DNA from: Peptococcia bacterium
GTDB lineage: Bacteria; Bacillota; Peptococcia; DRI-13; DTU073
DNA length: 64,000 bases
Direction of reading: 5' to 3'
Assembly: GCA_050951585.1 (NCBI GenBank)
Contig: JBMNJI010000005.1
Span: forward strand, 16,206-80,205
The notes under the pieces are model-generated. The model made no database searches. It worked only from the letters and a program-made list of their open reading frames with translations, and had not been told where the DNA came from. Of this stretch, positions 38,655 through 48,445 are shown in pieces (position 1 is the first letter of the stretch; each line of letters starts with the position of its first letter). The position numbers and the translations under genes were made by a program.

Positions 38655-39735
38655 TATTAATTTTATCTATTTTGGACGACCACTTCTATGGTTCGGTGTG
38701 GCCGCGACAGTATACTGCTTTCCGCGCACCAGGGCAGCCGGCCGTTTGAGTTTACGCCGCTTTGTGCTTAATTTGGCGATTGGGGCAGCGGTTATCAATA
38801 TCCTCTTTATGATGGTGGGGGGAATGATTACGGGCTTGGGCAAAAGCCCTTATGCGGTGGGACTGGTCACTTCAACGATTAATTTTATATACATTTCCTG
38901 TTTTGTGCTGGGACTGGAGGCAACACGCTCGTTTTTAGTCAACAGTTATAAAGGGAAAAGAGCATATCTTACAATTGCCCTAGTCAGTTTTTTCTATTTG
39001 TTTACTGAAATCTCTTTGGGGGAAATTCTGAATTTTAGTAACGGTTTAGAGTTTGTGCGTTTTTTTGGGAGTGAGTTTTTACCTGCTTTGGCCCAGAGTA
39101 TTTTAACTACCTATTTTGCTTTTCTGGGCGGATTTGCTCCGGCGGCGGTATTTCACGGGATTTTGCTGGCTTTCGAATGGTTCAGCCCGATCTTACCTGA
39201 TTTAACGTGGCCGATGAAAACTTTTCTGGGTTGCTTCATTCCAGCTTTTTCCCTGCTGGTGGTGCGGCATTTCTATCTGTTACAGGCCCACCAGATCAAA
39301 AGAAATTCTTCAGAAAGTGAAGAATTATTCGGCTGGCTGGTGACGAGTATTATTTCGGTAGCGCTGATTTGGTTTGCCGTCGGTATTTTCCCGATTTATC
39401 CTTCCGTGATTGTCACCGGTAGTATGGAACCAATGATCAAACCGGGCGATCTTGTTTTGGTGCAAAAAATCGACGGGGAGAAGGTTTGTCTCAATGATGT
39501 GATTCAGTATTATGATCCCGAAAGGGAGATTAGTATAACCCATCGGGTAATTGCCATTAATCGGACAGACAAGATAACGCTGACGACCAAGGGAGACAAT
39601 AACACATCTGCAGATACGGATTCGGTTTTATTAGGACAGGTAAAGGGAAAGGTCCTTAAGGTTGTCCCCAAAATGGGTTGGCTGACCCTTTTCTTAAGGA
39701 GTAATCAGCCGATTCCGGAAGGGGTAGAGAATTAA
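38569..39735 (+). CDS. Polytopic membrane domain fused to a SipW-type (ER/archaeal-type) signal peptidase I
   Basis: C-terminal VTGSMEPMIKPGDLVLVQK, ITHRVI and TKGDNN match the Ser-His SipW class. The N-terminal ~270 aa hold about six hydrophobic helices. The start is uncertain (ATG 38569/38599 or TTG 38644), and the ORF overlaps gene G. Confidence 0.8.
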   Translation: MAIRRWILLGMVSFMIILTNTNLIPLTNNINFIYFGRPLLWFGVAATVYCFPRTRAAGRLSLRRFVLNLAIGAAVINILFMMVGGMITGLGKSPYAVGLVTSTINFIYISCFVLGLEATRSFLVNSYKGKRAYLTIALVSFFYLFTEISLGEILNFSNGLEFVRFFGSEFLPALAQSILTTYFAFLGGFAPAAVFHGILLAFEWFSPILPDLTWPMKTFLGCFIPAFSLLVVRHFYLLQAHQIKRNSSESEELFGWLVTSIISVALIWFAVGIFPIYPSVIVTGSMEPMIKPGDLVLVQKIDGEKVCLNDVIQYYDPEREISITHRVIAINRTDKITLTTKGDNNTSADTDSVLLGQVKGKVLKVVPKMGWLTLFLRSNQPIPEGVEN

Positions 39736-39767
39736 CACGAGGAAAGTGTTTGATAGGGGGAGTTTCA

Positions 39768-40946
39768 ATGGTAGAACTGGTAAAAAAGGTCAAAAAAGTC
39801 GGGATGCCGTATCAGCTTAGGCTTTTCTTGCTCAGTATTGTTTCGGTGGTCTTCCTCGCTTTACTTGCTGCGCTTCTGGTGAACAGCATGGGTCCGCGCA
39901 CGGAGGAGCAGGAGATTACGAATTATCAGTATCACCAAAAGGGGGAAATCACCTATGAGGTCGCTTTAAACGATAATCTGCTATACGGGAACAAGGTCCT
40001 GGGCATGAATAATGTTTATCCTTCTAAATATGTGAAACAGGTTACGGCCGATCTGAAATATGATTTTAACGGTAATAAGCGTGGCACAGTCTCCGGGCAA
40101 TACATGGTTGTGGCCACGGTTCAAGGCATTCAAATGGAAAACCAGGCGGAAAAAGTTTTGTGGAGTAAAGATTTTGTCCTAGAACCGGCGACACCCTTTT
40201 CGGATGAGGTCACGGAAACAAGCCGGGTCATTATGCAGAAAAAGCTGGTGATCCCGTTCCAGGACTTTAATGCGTTTGCGCTCCAGGTGCAGCAGGATAC
40301 CGGGATTCTCTCCAGTGTTGCTTTAAAAGTGAAGTGCCTGATCAAGACAGAGGCGGAGACGGAATACGGGATGATTCAGGAAGAGCTCACGCCCGGTTTT
40401 CGCTTGCCTTTGTGCATGACCTATTTTGAGATTACAGGAGATTTGACCCAGGAGAAGGAAGGGGCTTTGACGGAAACAGTCATGCAAAATATTCCTCCTA
40501 ACCGCACTCTGTTAAGGGTTTTGGGAGGCGGCGCCGCCCTTTGTTTGCTGTTGCTTTTGGGGTTGCTCTTCTTTGTCCGGGGAACCAAACCGGATGCATA
40601 TCAAAAGCGGATTAAGGAGATCTTTAAAAAATATGAGGAAAGACTTGTTGCTTTAGGACAGGAATTACCGGGAGACGCGGCGGTCGGAAAGAAGGGGACT
40701 GTTAGTACGGAGAAGTATATCCGGGTGAAAACGGTCGACGACTTGGTCCGTGTCGCCGATGAAATAAGTCGGCCGGTCTATTATCTGGAGCGGGGACTTG
40801 CGGGGGAGAAAGGTTTCACCTTTTATGTCATCAGTGAAACGAATATCTTTACTTATGAGCTTAAGCCGACTCCGGGCAGTAAGACTTCCCCTATGCAGGA
40901 GGAGCAATATCCCCAAAAGCCGGGACAACAAGACATCAAACTCTAG
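39768..40946 (+). CDS. Bitopic membrane protein, DUF5305-like
   Basis: GGGGGAG RBS, then ATG 39768. N-terminal TM (LFLLSIVSVVFLALLAALLV), a ~210 aa extracytoplasmic domain, a second TM (GGGAALCLLLLLGLLFFV), then a ~115 aa cytoplasmic tail. The family assignment is by recall of the architecture and its adjacency to a signal peptidase. Confidence 0.65.
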   Translation: MVELVKKVKKVGMPYQLRLFLLSIVSVVFLALLAALLVNSMGPRTEEQEITNYQYHQKGEITYEVALNDNLLYGNKVLGMNNVYPSKYVKQVTADLKYDFNGNKRGTVSGQYMVVATVQGIQMENQAEKVLWSKDFVLEPATPFSDEVTETSRVIMQKKLVIPFQDFNAFALQVQQDTGILSSVALKVKCLIKTEAETEYGMIQEELTPGFRLPLCMTYFEITGDLTQEKEGALTETVMQNIPPNRTLLRVLGGGAALCLLLLLGLLFFVRGTKPDAYQKRIKEIFKKYEERLVALGQELPGDAAVGKKGTVSTEKYIRVKTVDDLVRVADEISRPVYYLERGLAGEKGFTFYVISETNIFTYELKPTPGSKTSPMQEEQYPQKPGQQDIKL

Positions 40947-40999
40947 GGGAGGATACGTTAGAACGGCAAAATGAGAAAGTAAAGGAATAGGGAGAGCAA

Positions 41000-41150
41000 A
41001 TGGAGAGCATTATATTTAGTGACAATTGCGGCGATTAATCTAATCGCCGCTTTTCTTATGGGGCTGGGTATCCCCTTTTTCCAATAGGGATGCCTTGTTT
41101 GCTCGCCTTTAATATGGTCTGCTTTTATTACCTGAAGGGCAAGACTTTCT
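41000..41150 (+). pseudogene. Internally deleted remnant of a DUF1294 gene
   Basis: GGGAGAG RBS plus ATG 41000. Blocks 41028-41060 and ~41072-41139 match the intact copy at 43266-43300 and ~43433-43500 (last 68 nt ~91% identical). About 125 nt of the middle are missing. Confidence 0.6.
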
Positions 41151-41264
41151 ACTAATGTGTTAATAATATGAAAAAGCAGTTTATTAATAAAATGTTGTAT
41201 AATATATTCAGATGTTATGATATAAAAAGCAGTGCAAAAAAGAAAAAAGAGTGGGGGATTGATT

Positions 41265-43283
41265 ATGAATTTTCTTTCGATGGGAAAAAGGCATAGGGTG
41301 TTGGTTTTGCCGTTGCTGCTTTTCTGTTTGCTTTGACTGACTGTATGTACAGAGGAGGTAGCTGCTTTTAGTGGTACAGGGAGCGGAGGCATAGCTGATC
41401 CGTACATAATATTGACGGCGGAGCAATTGAATGAAGTCAGAGAGGAGCTGACCGCTCACTATCAGTTAGGGGCTGATATTGACCTGAGTGTATATGAAAA
41501 TTGGGTGCCAATTGGGGATTGGGAAAACAGTTTTACCGGTTCTTTTGATGGCAACGGTTATGTCATTAGTAATATGACCATCGATATGCCTGAGGAATAT
41601 TATTTAGGTTTATTTGGAGTTGCGTGGGGCGGGTCTTCATTAAACAACGTAAAATTAGAAAATGCAAGTGTGGTTGGAGCCGGATGTGTTGGAGGTTTAG
41701 CAGGAGATTGCGCAGCAAATACGGTAAATAACTGTTCAGTAAGGGGTAGGGTAACTGCACTCAGCGATTCTTATGCGGGTGGGCTGATTGGGGGAAGCTC
41801 CAGCGAAGTCAACAACTGTTATATGATCGGAGAAGTAGCAGGCAGAAGTGCGACAGGTGGACTACTGGGCGGAAATAACAATGAGATTAGAAACTGTTAT
41901 GCGATAGTTAGTGTATCTGCACCGGCATCTAATTATGTGGGTGGTTTGGTTGGAGAGAATAACGATAGCATTATAGACTGTTATGCTGTCAGCGCGGTAA
42001 TTGGTAATCGACAGGTGGGAGGTTTGGTCGGGCGCAATAGTGATGTAATTAGGAACTGTTTTTCCGTTGGCAGTGTAGAAGGAGTGAATTATTGCGGTGG
42101 ATTAGCCGGTACATCTTCTTATATGGCAGAAAACTGTTATAGCCATAGTAGCGTGTCAGGAAGTACTAATACCGGTGGTTTAATTGGGGCCGATTCTGCT
42201 ACAATTACGAATTGTTATGCTGCCGGGTTGGTGACCGGTGAAGGCGAAAACTTTGGCGGATTATGCGGCGATGCTGATTCTATTATCACTTCCTCCTATT
42301 ACGACTCAGATACTACCGGGCAGACCGATGAAGGAAAGGGTGTCGGAAAAACAACGGATGAAATGCAACAGCAAGGTACTTTTGGCGGCTGGGATTTTGC
42401 TGAGGTTTGGGGACTGGTTGCCGGGAAGAATGATGGTTATCCGTATTTGTTAGCTTTTGCGGATAATGAGGCGGATTTAGCTGATTTATCCGTGAGTGCG
42501 GGGACCTTAAGCCCGGTTTTTGCTGACACGGAACGGGATTACACGGTCAATGTGGCATACGGTACGGCTGTTTTGCAGGTAGTTCCCGAGTGTGAGGCTG
42601 AGACTGCTTCATTAGCGGTTACTGTCAACGGAGAAACCGTATCCGCGACTGAAGATGCTTATGCGGCGCCCCTCAATGTGGGGGAAAACCTGATCCGGAT
42701 TGTGGTCACAGCGGAAGATGAGATGACCGGTACGGTCTACCGGCTTAGGGTTAACCGGGGCGAGGCGGATACAAACGCGGATTTGGCTGGTTTATCCTTA
42801 AATGAAGGTAATGTGCCGTTAGAGTTTACCGGAGATATAACCGGTTATAATCTTACGGTAAGTAACAAGGTGCGCAGCCTGTCGGTGAAGCCGGTAACCG
42901 TAGAGGAGACGGCCGTCGTGACAGTCAATGGGGTAGCAGTTAGCAGTGGGGAAAACTCAGAGCCGATTGCCCTGCGGACTGGCAGTAATGTGGTCACCAT
43001 TCAGGTTGTGGCCGAAGATGGGACGGAAAAAACATATACATTGAACATCAAGCGAAAACACAAATCGCAGACCAGCACAACGAGCATAACCGAAGAAACC
43101 GAAGAACAGCAAACCCCGGAAGAAGAGGGACAAGCTGACAACCAGGCAAGTAACGATGATTCCGGACTAGCCGATAACCACAAAAAACCAGGCAGTACTG
43201 GATATGACAATATTCAATGGGGAGAATTTATAAAATGGCTACTTTCAAATCTTTCGAAATTGGCATTGTTGCGATTAATCTAA
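41265..43283 (+). CDS. Secreted GLUG-repeat protein with cadherin-like beta-sandwich domains; in-frame TGA at 41334-41336 inside the signal peptide
   Basis: ATG 41265 is in the same frame as the 41412 ORF (MNFLSMGKRHRVLVLPLLLFCLL*LTVCTEE..). Repeated GGLAG/GGLIG/GGLVG..NCY units, then ADLADLSVSAGTLSPVF and ADLAGLSLNEGNVPLEF domains. Confidence 0.7.
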
Positions 43284-43513
43284 TCACCTTTTTTCTCTGC
43301 GGCCTCGATAAGTATAAAGCACAGCGGGGGCTGTGGCGGATTCCGGAAAAGAGCTTTCTGCTTATGGCTGCCGCCTTCGGGGCGGGTGGTATCCTGGTTG
43401 GGATGAAGGTATTCCGCCATAAGACAAGACATCCCCTTTTTACAATAGGGATGCCTTGTATGCTTGCCTTTAATCTGGTCTGTTTATATTACCTGAAGGG
43501 CTTTTTGTTTTAA
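43235..43513 (+). CDS. DUF1294 family small membrane protein
   Basis: GGGGAG RBS, then ATG 43235. ..FFLCGLDKYKAQRGLWRIPEKSFLLMAAAFGAGG..FRHKTRH is the typical DUF1294 signature. Confidence 0.75.
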   Translation: MATFKSFEIGIVAINLITFFLCGLDKYKAQRGLWRIPEKSFLLMAAAFGAGGILVGMKVFRHKTRHPLFTIGMPCMLAFNLVCLYYLKGFLF

Positions 43514-43741
43514 GCGCGTCAGGTTCTGACCTGATCTGGCTGATGTTTAATCAGTATTTTCCTGATGACATCAGCTTTTCAATTATACGGTAAATTATGG
43601 CGGAGAAAAGTCTGGTGGGGGAGTGTTTTCTCTTGCGTGAATTAATGATACAATTATACTTATGTATGAGTGTGTCTGTTTCATTAAAATACTGTTGAAA
43701 AAGCATTTGACAAAATATATCGGAGGGGATGGAGAGCACAA

Positions 43742-45562
43742 ATGAAGAAGCTTTTAACAGGAAATGAAGGGATAGCAAGAGGAGCTTACGAAGCCGGGTG
43801 CTCCGTAGCGGCGGCTTATCCCGGTACACCCAGCACCGAGATACTGGAGAATTTGGCAGGATATAAAGAGATATATACCGAATGGTCCCCCAACGAGAAG
43901 GTCGCCGTTGAAGTAGCCAGTGGCGCGGCGATTGCCGGGGCGCGGGCTTTGGCGGCGATGAAGCATGTCGGGATGAATGTGGCCGCTGATCCTCTTTTTA
44001 CGATGGCTTATGAGGGGGTGAACGGCGGGCTGGTCCTTGTTACGGCGGACGACCCGGGCATCCATAGTTCCCAAAATGAGCAGGACAACCGTTATTATGC
44101 ACCCCATGCCAAGGTTGCCATGCTGGAGCCGTCGGATAGTCAGGAATGTAAGGACTTTGTGAAAATTGCCTATGCTTTGAGCGAAGAGTATGATCTGCCG
44201 GTCATTCTACGGGTAACAACCAGAGTGTGTCACAGCAAGAGCCTGGTAGAATTAGGGGAAAGAGCAGAAGTGGGGGTTAAACCATATCAGAAAAATGTGC
44301 AGAAATACGCGATGGCACCGGCCCACGCTCAAGCGCGGCATATCATTGTGGAAGAAAAACTGCGCAAACTGCAGGCGGCCGCGGAAACGTCGACCTGCAA
44401 CCGCATTGAATGGGGGCACTGTGGCATCGGGATTATTACGAGCGGTATTTCTTATCAATATGCGCGGGAGGTTTTTGGCGACGAGGTTTCCTATCTGAAG
44501 CTCGGCTTGACTTATCCTTTGCCTGAGCAGATGATTCGTGATTTTGCTGCCCAGATGGAGGAAGTCTGGATCATCGAAGAAAATGATCCCTATCTGGAAA
44601 CAGCGGTGAAAGCCCTGGGAATTTCCTGCCGGGGGAAGGAGCTACTTCCTGTCTGTGGTGAATTGAATCCGGGGATTATCCGGGAGGCTTTTTTCCCGGC
44701 GGAGGAAGAGGCTAAAAAGCAAGACGAGGCGCCGGAACAGGGGCAGGAGCAGGCCGACAAGCGGGCGAATGTTGCTGAAGCCACTCCGTTTCCCGTACCG
44801 GGACGACCGCCTGTGATGTGCGCCGGTTGTCCGCACCGCGGGATGTTCTTTGCTTTGAGTAAGTTAAAGAATATAGTCGTTTCAGGGGATATCGGCTGCT
44901 ATACGTTGGGGCTGACCCCGCCGCTGGGGGTTACGGATACGGTGATATGTATGGGCGCAAGCATTTCGGCCGGGATTGGCTTTGAAAAGGCTTTCCAGCA
45001 GGGCGGAGTGTCCAAAAAGGTCTTTTGCTGTATCGGCGATTCAACCTTTTTCCATTCCGGGATTACCGGTCTGATTGATGCGGTGTACAACAAGAGTAAA
45101 GTCTGTGTCGTGATCATGGATAACCGGATTACGGCCATGACCGGCCATCAGGAGAATCCGGGCACAGGGCGCACCTTGCAGGGTGAAGAAACTGTGATTG
45201 TTGATATCGAAAAGATTGTGCGGGCCGTGGGGATTAAGGAAGAACATATCCGGGTGGTTGATCCCTACAATCTGGCGGAAACGGAAAGTGCGGTGCGGGA
45301 GGCTGCGGCAGCAGTTGAGCCCTTTGTGATCATCTCAAAGTGTCCCTGCGCCTTGTTGAAGGATGTGCAGCGGGAACGTGCGGGGCAGGCCTTGCGGATT
45401 GACCAGGAGAAATGCATTAAATGTAAGACGTGCCTGAAAACCGGTTGTCCGGCCCTGTCCATCCGAGAAGGACAGGTGCTAATTGATGAAAGTTCGTGCA
45501 ACGGGTGCGGGCTTTGCCGGCAGTTATGCAAATTTGGGGCCATTACAAAGGCGGGTGAATAA
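43742..45562 (+). CDS. iorA: Indolepyruvate:ferredoxin oxidoreductase, alpha subunit
   Basis: N-terminus MKKLLTGNEGIARGAYEAG..AAYPGTPSTEI, a TPP-binding region, and two C-terminal 4Fe-4S motifs (CIKCKTCLKTGCP, CNGCGLCRQLC). Confidence 0.85.
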   Translation: MKKLLTGNEGIARGAYEAGCSVAAAYPGTPSTEILENLAGYKEIYTEWSPNEKVAVEVASGAAIAGARALAAMKHVGMNVAADPLFTMAYEGVNGGLVLVTADDPGIHSSQNEQDNRYYAPHAKVAMLEPSDSQECKDFVKIAYALSEEYDLPVILRVTTRVCHSKSLVELGERAEVGVKPYQKNVQKYAMAPAHAQARHIIVEEKLRKLQAAAETSTCNRIEWGHCGIGIITSGISYQYAREVFGDEVSYLKLGLTYPLPEQMIRDFAAQMEEVWIIEENDPYLETAVKALGISCRGKELLPVCGELNPGIIREAFFPAEEEAKKQDEAPEQGQEQADKRANVAEATPFPVPGRPPVMCAGCPHRGMFFALSKLKNIVVSGDIGCYTLGLTPPLGVTDTVICMGASISAGIGFEKAFQQGGVSKKVFCCIGDSTFFHSGITGLIDAVYNKSKVCVVIMDNRITAMTGHQENPGTGRTLQGEETVIVDIEKIVRAVGIKEEHIRVVDPYNLAETESAVREAAAAVEPFVIISKCPCALLKDVQRERAGQALRIDQEKCIKCKTCLKTGCPALSIREGQVLIDESSCNGCGLCRQLCKFGAITKAGE

Positions 45563-45563
45563 G

Positions 45564-46166
45564 ATGACGATGGAGAAAAATACGGAGACAAAAGCCTTAT
45601 TGCTGGTTGGCGTTGGCGGACAGGGAACGATTCTGGCCTCGAAGATTCTGAGTGAGGGGCTGGTCTTGCAGGGATACGACGTGAAAATGTCGGAGATTCA
45701 CGGGATGGCGCAAAGAGGAGGCAGTGTGATCACCCAGATTAAATACGGTCCCAAGGTGTATTCCCCGATTATCGGGGCCGGTGAAGCTGATGTGATTGTT
45801 GCTTTTGAGAAATTGGAAGCGGCCCGGTATATGTTCCAGTTGAAGAAAATGGGCACACTAATTGTAAATGATTATGAGATCTATCCTTTGCCTGTGTTAC
45901 TCGGTCAGCGGGCTTATCCGGATAATGTGCTTGCCGGGCTCACCCGATATGTGGAAGAACGGGAGGGACAGTTGAAGGTTTTAGAGGCGCATAAGCTGGC
46001 GGCTGAATTGGGCAACGTCAAGACGCAGAATATCGTTTTGCTGGGAACGGTTATTAAGGCTTTAGGGCTGGAGAAGCTGGACTGGGTAGAGGTGTTGAAG
46101 CGTTTCTTACCGCCGAAGCTTCATGAAATAAATATTAAGGCCTTGGAAACAGGGCTTGGTCTGTAG
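45564..46166 (+). CDS. iorB: Indolepyruvate:ferredoxin oxidoreductase, beta subunit
   Basis: ATG lies 2 nt after the iorA stop. LLVGVGGQGTILASKIL..SEIHGMAQRGGSV. Confidence 0.85.
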   Translation: MTMEKNTETKALLLVGVGGQGTILASKILSEGLVLQGYDVKMSEIHGMAQRGGSVITQIKYGPKVYSPIIGAGEADVIVAFEKLEAARYMFQLKKMGTLIVNDYEIYPLPVLLGQRAYPDNVLAGLTRYVEEREGQLKVLEAHKLAAELGNVKTQNIVLLGTVIKALGLEKLDWVEVLKRFLPPKLHEINIKALETGLGL

Positions 46167-46208
46167 TTGTAGTATAGTATGCAGTTGGCAAGGAGGATCT
46201 ACACATCT

Positions 46209-47918
46209 ATGAAGAGTAATATTGAGATAGCGCAGGCGGCTGAAAAGGAACGGGTTAAAGATATTGCCGCAAAACTGGGAATCGAAAAGGAACACCTGAT
46301 TTATTACGGCTTCTTCAAGGCGAAGGTTGATTACCGGCTGCGGGAGAAGCTGGCTGACCGTCCGGATGGACACGTTATTCTGGTGACGGCCATTAATCCC
46401 ACGGCGGCCGGAGAAGGGAAAACAACGGTCACCATCGGTTTGGGTGATGCTCTGAACCGTTTGGGGAAAAAGACGGCCATTTGTCTGCGCGAACCGTCGC
46501 TGGGCCCTGTTTTCGGGGTAAAAGGCGGGGCTACGGGGGGCGGCTATGCTCAGGTCGTACCAATGGAAGATATCAACTTGCATTTTACCGGGGATTTGCA
46601 CGCCATCAGCGCTGCGAATAATCTGCTGGCGGCCCTTTTGGATAATCATATTTTTCAAGGGAATAAACTAGGGATTGATCCAAAGAAAATCACCTGGCGC
46701 AGGGCTTTGGACATGAATGACCGGCAACTCCGTTATATCGTCAGCGGGCTGGGCGGAAACGGCAACGGGACACCACGGGAGGACGGTTTTGATATTACCG
46801 TGGCCTCGGAAATTATGGCCGTTTTTTGCCTGGCGCAGAATTTGCACGACCTGAAGAACCGCTTGGCGAAAATGGTGGTTGCTTATACCTTTGAAGGGCA
46901 ACCGGTCACGGCCGGAGATTTGCGGGCCCAAGGGGCGCTTACGGCCTTGCTGAAGGATGCCTTCAACCCGAATCTGGTGCAGACTTTGGAGGGGACCCCT
47001 GCTTTTGTGCATGGCGGGCCTTTTGCGAATATCGCTCACGGCTGTAATAGCCTGATCGCCACCAAGCTGGCCATGAAGCTGGCCGATTATGTCATCACGG
47101 AAGCCGGTTTTGGGGCCGATTTGGGGGCGGAAAAATTTCTGGATATAAAATGCCGGACCGGCGGATTTAAACCGGAAGCGGTGGTGCTGGTGGCCAGTGT
47201 CCGCGCTTTGAAGCTACATGGGGGCTGTCCGAAGGAATTGCTGGGAGAGGGGAATCTGGAATATCTCTGTAAAGGGATGGCGAATCTGCACCGGCATATC
47301 GAAAATATGACCCGGAAATTTCATCTGCCGGTTGTTGTTGCTTTGAACCGATTCCCCACCGATACGGTGACGGAATTGGAGTTAGTGATTAACGAATGCC
47401 GCGAAAAAGGTGTGGAGGCGGCGGTGACCGAGGTTTTCGGCAAAGGCGGCGAAGGCGGCCTGGAGCTGGCCGGGAAGCTGCTGGAAAATATCGAGCAGAA
47501 GCGGAACCGGGACGAGGCCAAGGACGGCGGCTATGACCGGGGAAAGGATGGATTCCTTTACCCGGCGGAGATGGGTTTGCGCGAAAAGATCATCACGATT
47601 GCCAAAGAACTCTATCGGGCTGGCAGTGTGGTGATTAGTAAAGACGCCGCCAAGAGTCTTGCGCAGTTTGAAGCTTTGGGATACAGGGAATTGCCGGTCT
47701 GTATGGCCAAGACCCAATATTCCTTTTCGGATAATCCGGCATTACTGGGTGCGCCGGAGGGCTTTGAGCTGACCGTCAGGCAGGCGCGTCTGTCGGCGGG
47801 GGCCGGCTTTGTGGTGGCTCTCACGGGGTCCATTAATACATTACCCGGCTTGCCCGGTTTGCCTTCGGCCGAAAAGATTGATGTGGACGAGACGGGCAAG
47901 ATATTAGGGCTTTTCTAG
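46209..47918 (+). CDS. fhs: Formate--tetrahydrofolate ligase
   Basis: [31 protein letters not shown] and full-length collinearity with FTHFS. AAGGAGG lies upstream of ATG 46209. Confidence 0.9.
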   Translation: MKSNIEIAQAAEKERVKDIAAKLGIEKEHLIYYGFFKAKVDYRLREKLADRPDGHVILVTAINPTAAGEGKTTVTIGLGDALNRLGKKTAICLREPSLGPVFGVKGGATGGGYAQVVPMEDINLHFTGDLHAISAANNLLAALLDNHIFQGNKLGIDPKKITWRRALDMNDRQLRYIVSGLGGNGNGTPREDGFDITVASEIMAVFCLAQNLHDLKNRLAKMVVAYTFEGQPVTAGDLRAQGALTALLKDAFNPNLVQTLEGTPAFVHGGPFANIAHGCNSLIATKLAMKLADYVITEAGFGADLGAEKFLDIKCRTGGFKPEAVVLVASVRALKLHGGCPKELLGEGNLEYLCKGMANLHRHIENMTRKFHLPVVVALNRFPTDTVTELELVINECREKGVEAAVTEVFGKGGEGGLELAGKLLENIEQKRNRDEAKDGGYDRGKDGFLYPAEMGLREKIITIAKELYRAGSVVISKDAAKSLAQFEALGYRELPVCMAKTQYSFSDNPALLGAPEGFELTVRQARLSAGAGFVVALTGSINTLPGLPGLPSAEKIDVDETGKILGLF

Positions 47919-47931
47919 TAAGGTGTAAAGG

Positions 47932-48285
47932 GTGGGTGTAAAATTGCTCAGGATTATCTTATTGCTAAGCGGAGGCTCAATCTTATTAGCGCTTATTGTC
48001 ACTTTGCAGGTAAAATTCGCCGCGGCGGACTTCGCTTCCATCGCTAAATACTATTTGGCGGTTTTGCCGCTCCTTTATGGGGCTAATATTTTTATCGGGC
48101 TGGGGATCAACAAAGGGCACGCTATTTTTCAGAACCTGCCCCTTCTCATTGCGGGGCAGACTTTTATTTATTATCTGGCGATTGCCTTCTTTTCGGTGGC
48201 CATTTTAGGGAATAAACTCTCCCTCCCGAAAACAGCCCTTGCTTTCGGCATGATTATTACCGCCATTTATCTACTGAAAAGCTGA
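47932..48285 (+). CDS. Small four-helix membrane protein
   Basis: A 117 aa ORF that is almost entirely hydrophobic, packed tightly after fhs. Confidence 0.5.
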   Translation: MGVKLLRIILLLSGGSILLALIVTLQVKFAAADFASIAKYYLAVLPLLYGANIFIGLGINKGHAIFQNLPLLIAGQTFIYYLAIAFFSVAILGNKLSLPKTALAFGMIITAIYLLKS

Positions 48286-48445
48286 CGTTTACCCGGTGCC
48301 GCAACTTACGTGGATAAGCGGGGATTGTTAAGCATTAAGCAAAAAATTGACCGAACATGAGAGTGACGAGGAACAAAATGAGGGTCTTTTCGTCAGTCAG
48401 ATTAGGAACATTGCGAAAAACAGCAGAGGAGGGGCTAAGAGGAGA

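Noticed and set aside
41334-41336. In-frame TGA in the GLUG protein signal peptide as selenocysteine or programmed readthrough.
   Set aside because: The position is in a hydrophobic signal-peptide core, and no SECIS-like hairpin was recognised downstream. A TGG-to-TGA mutation or base-call error is the simpler explanation.
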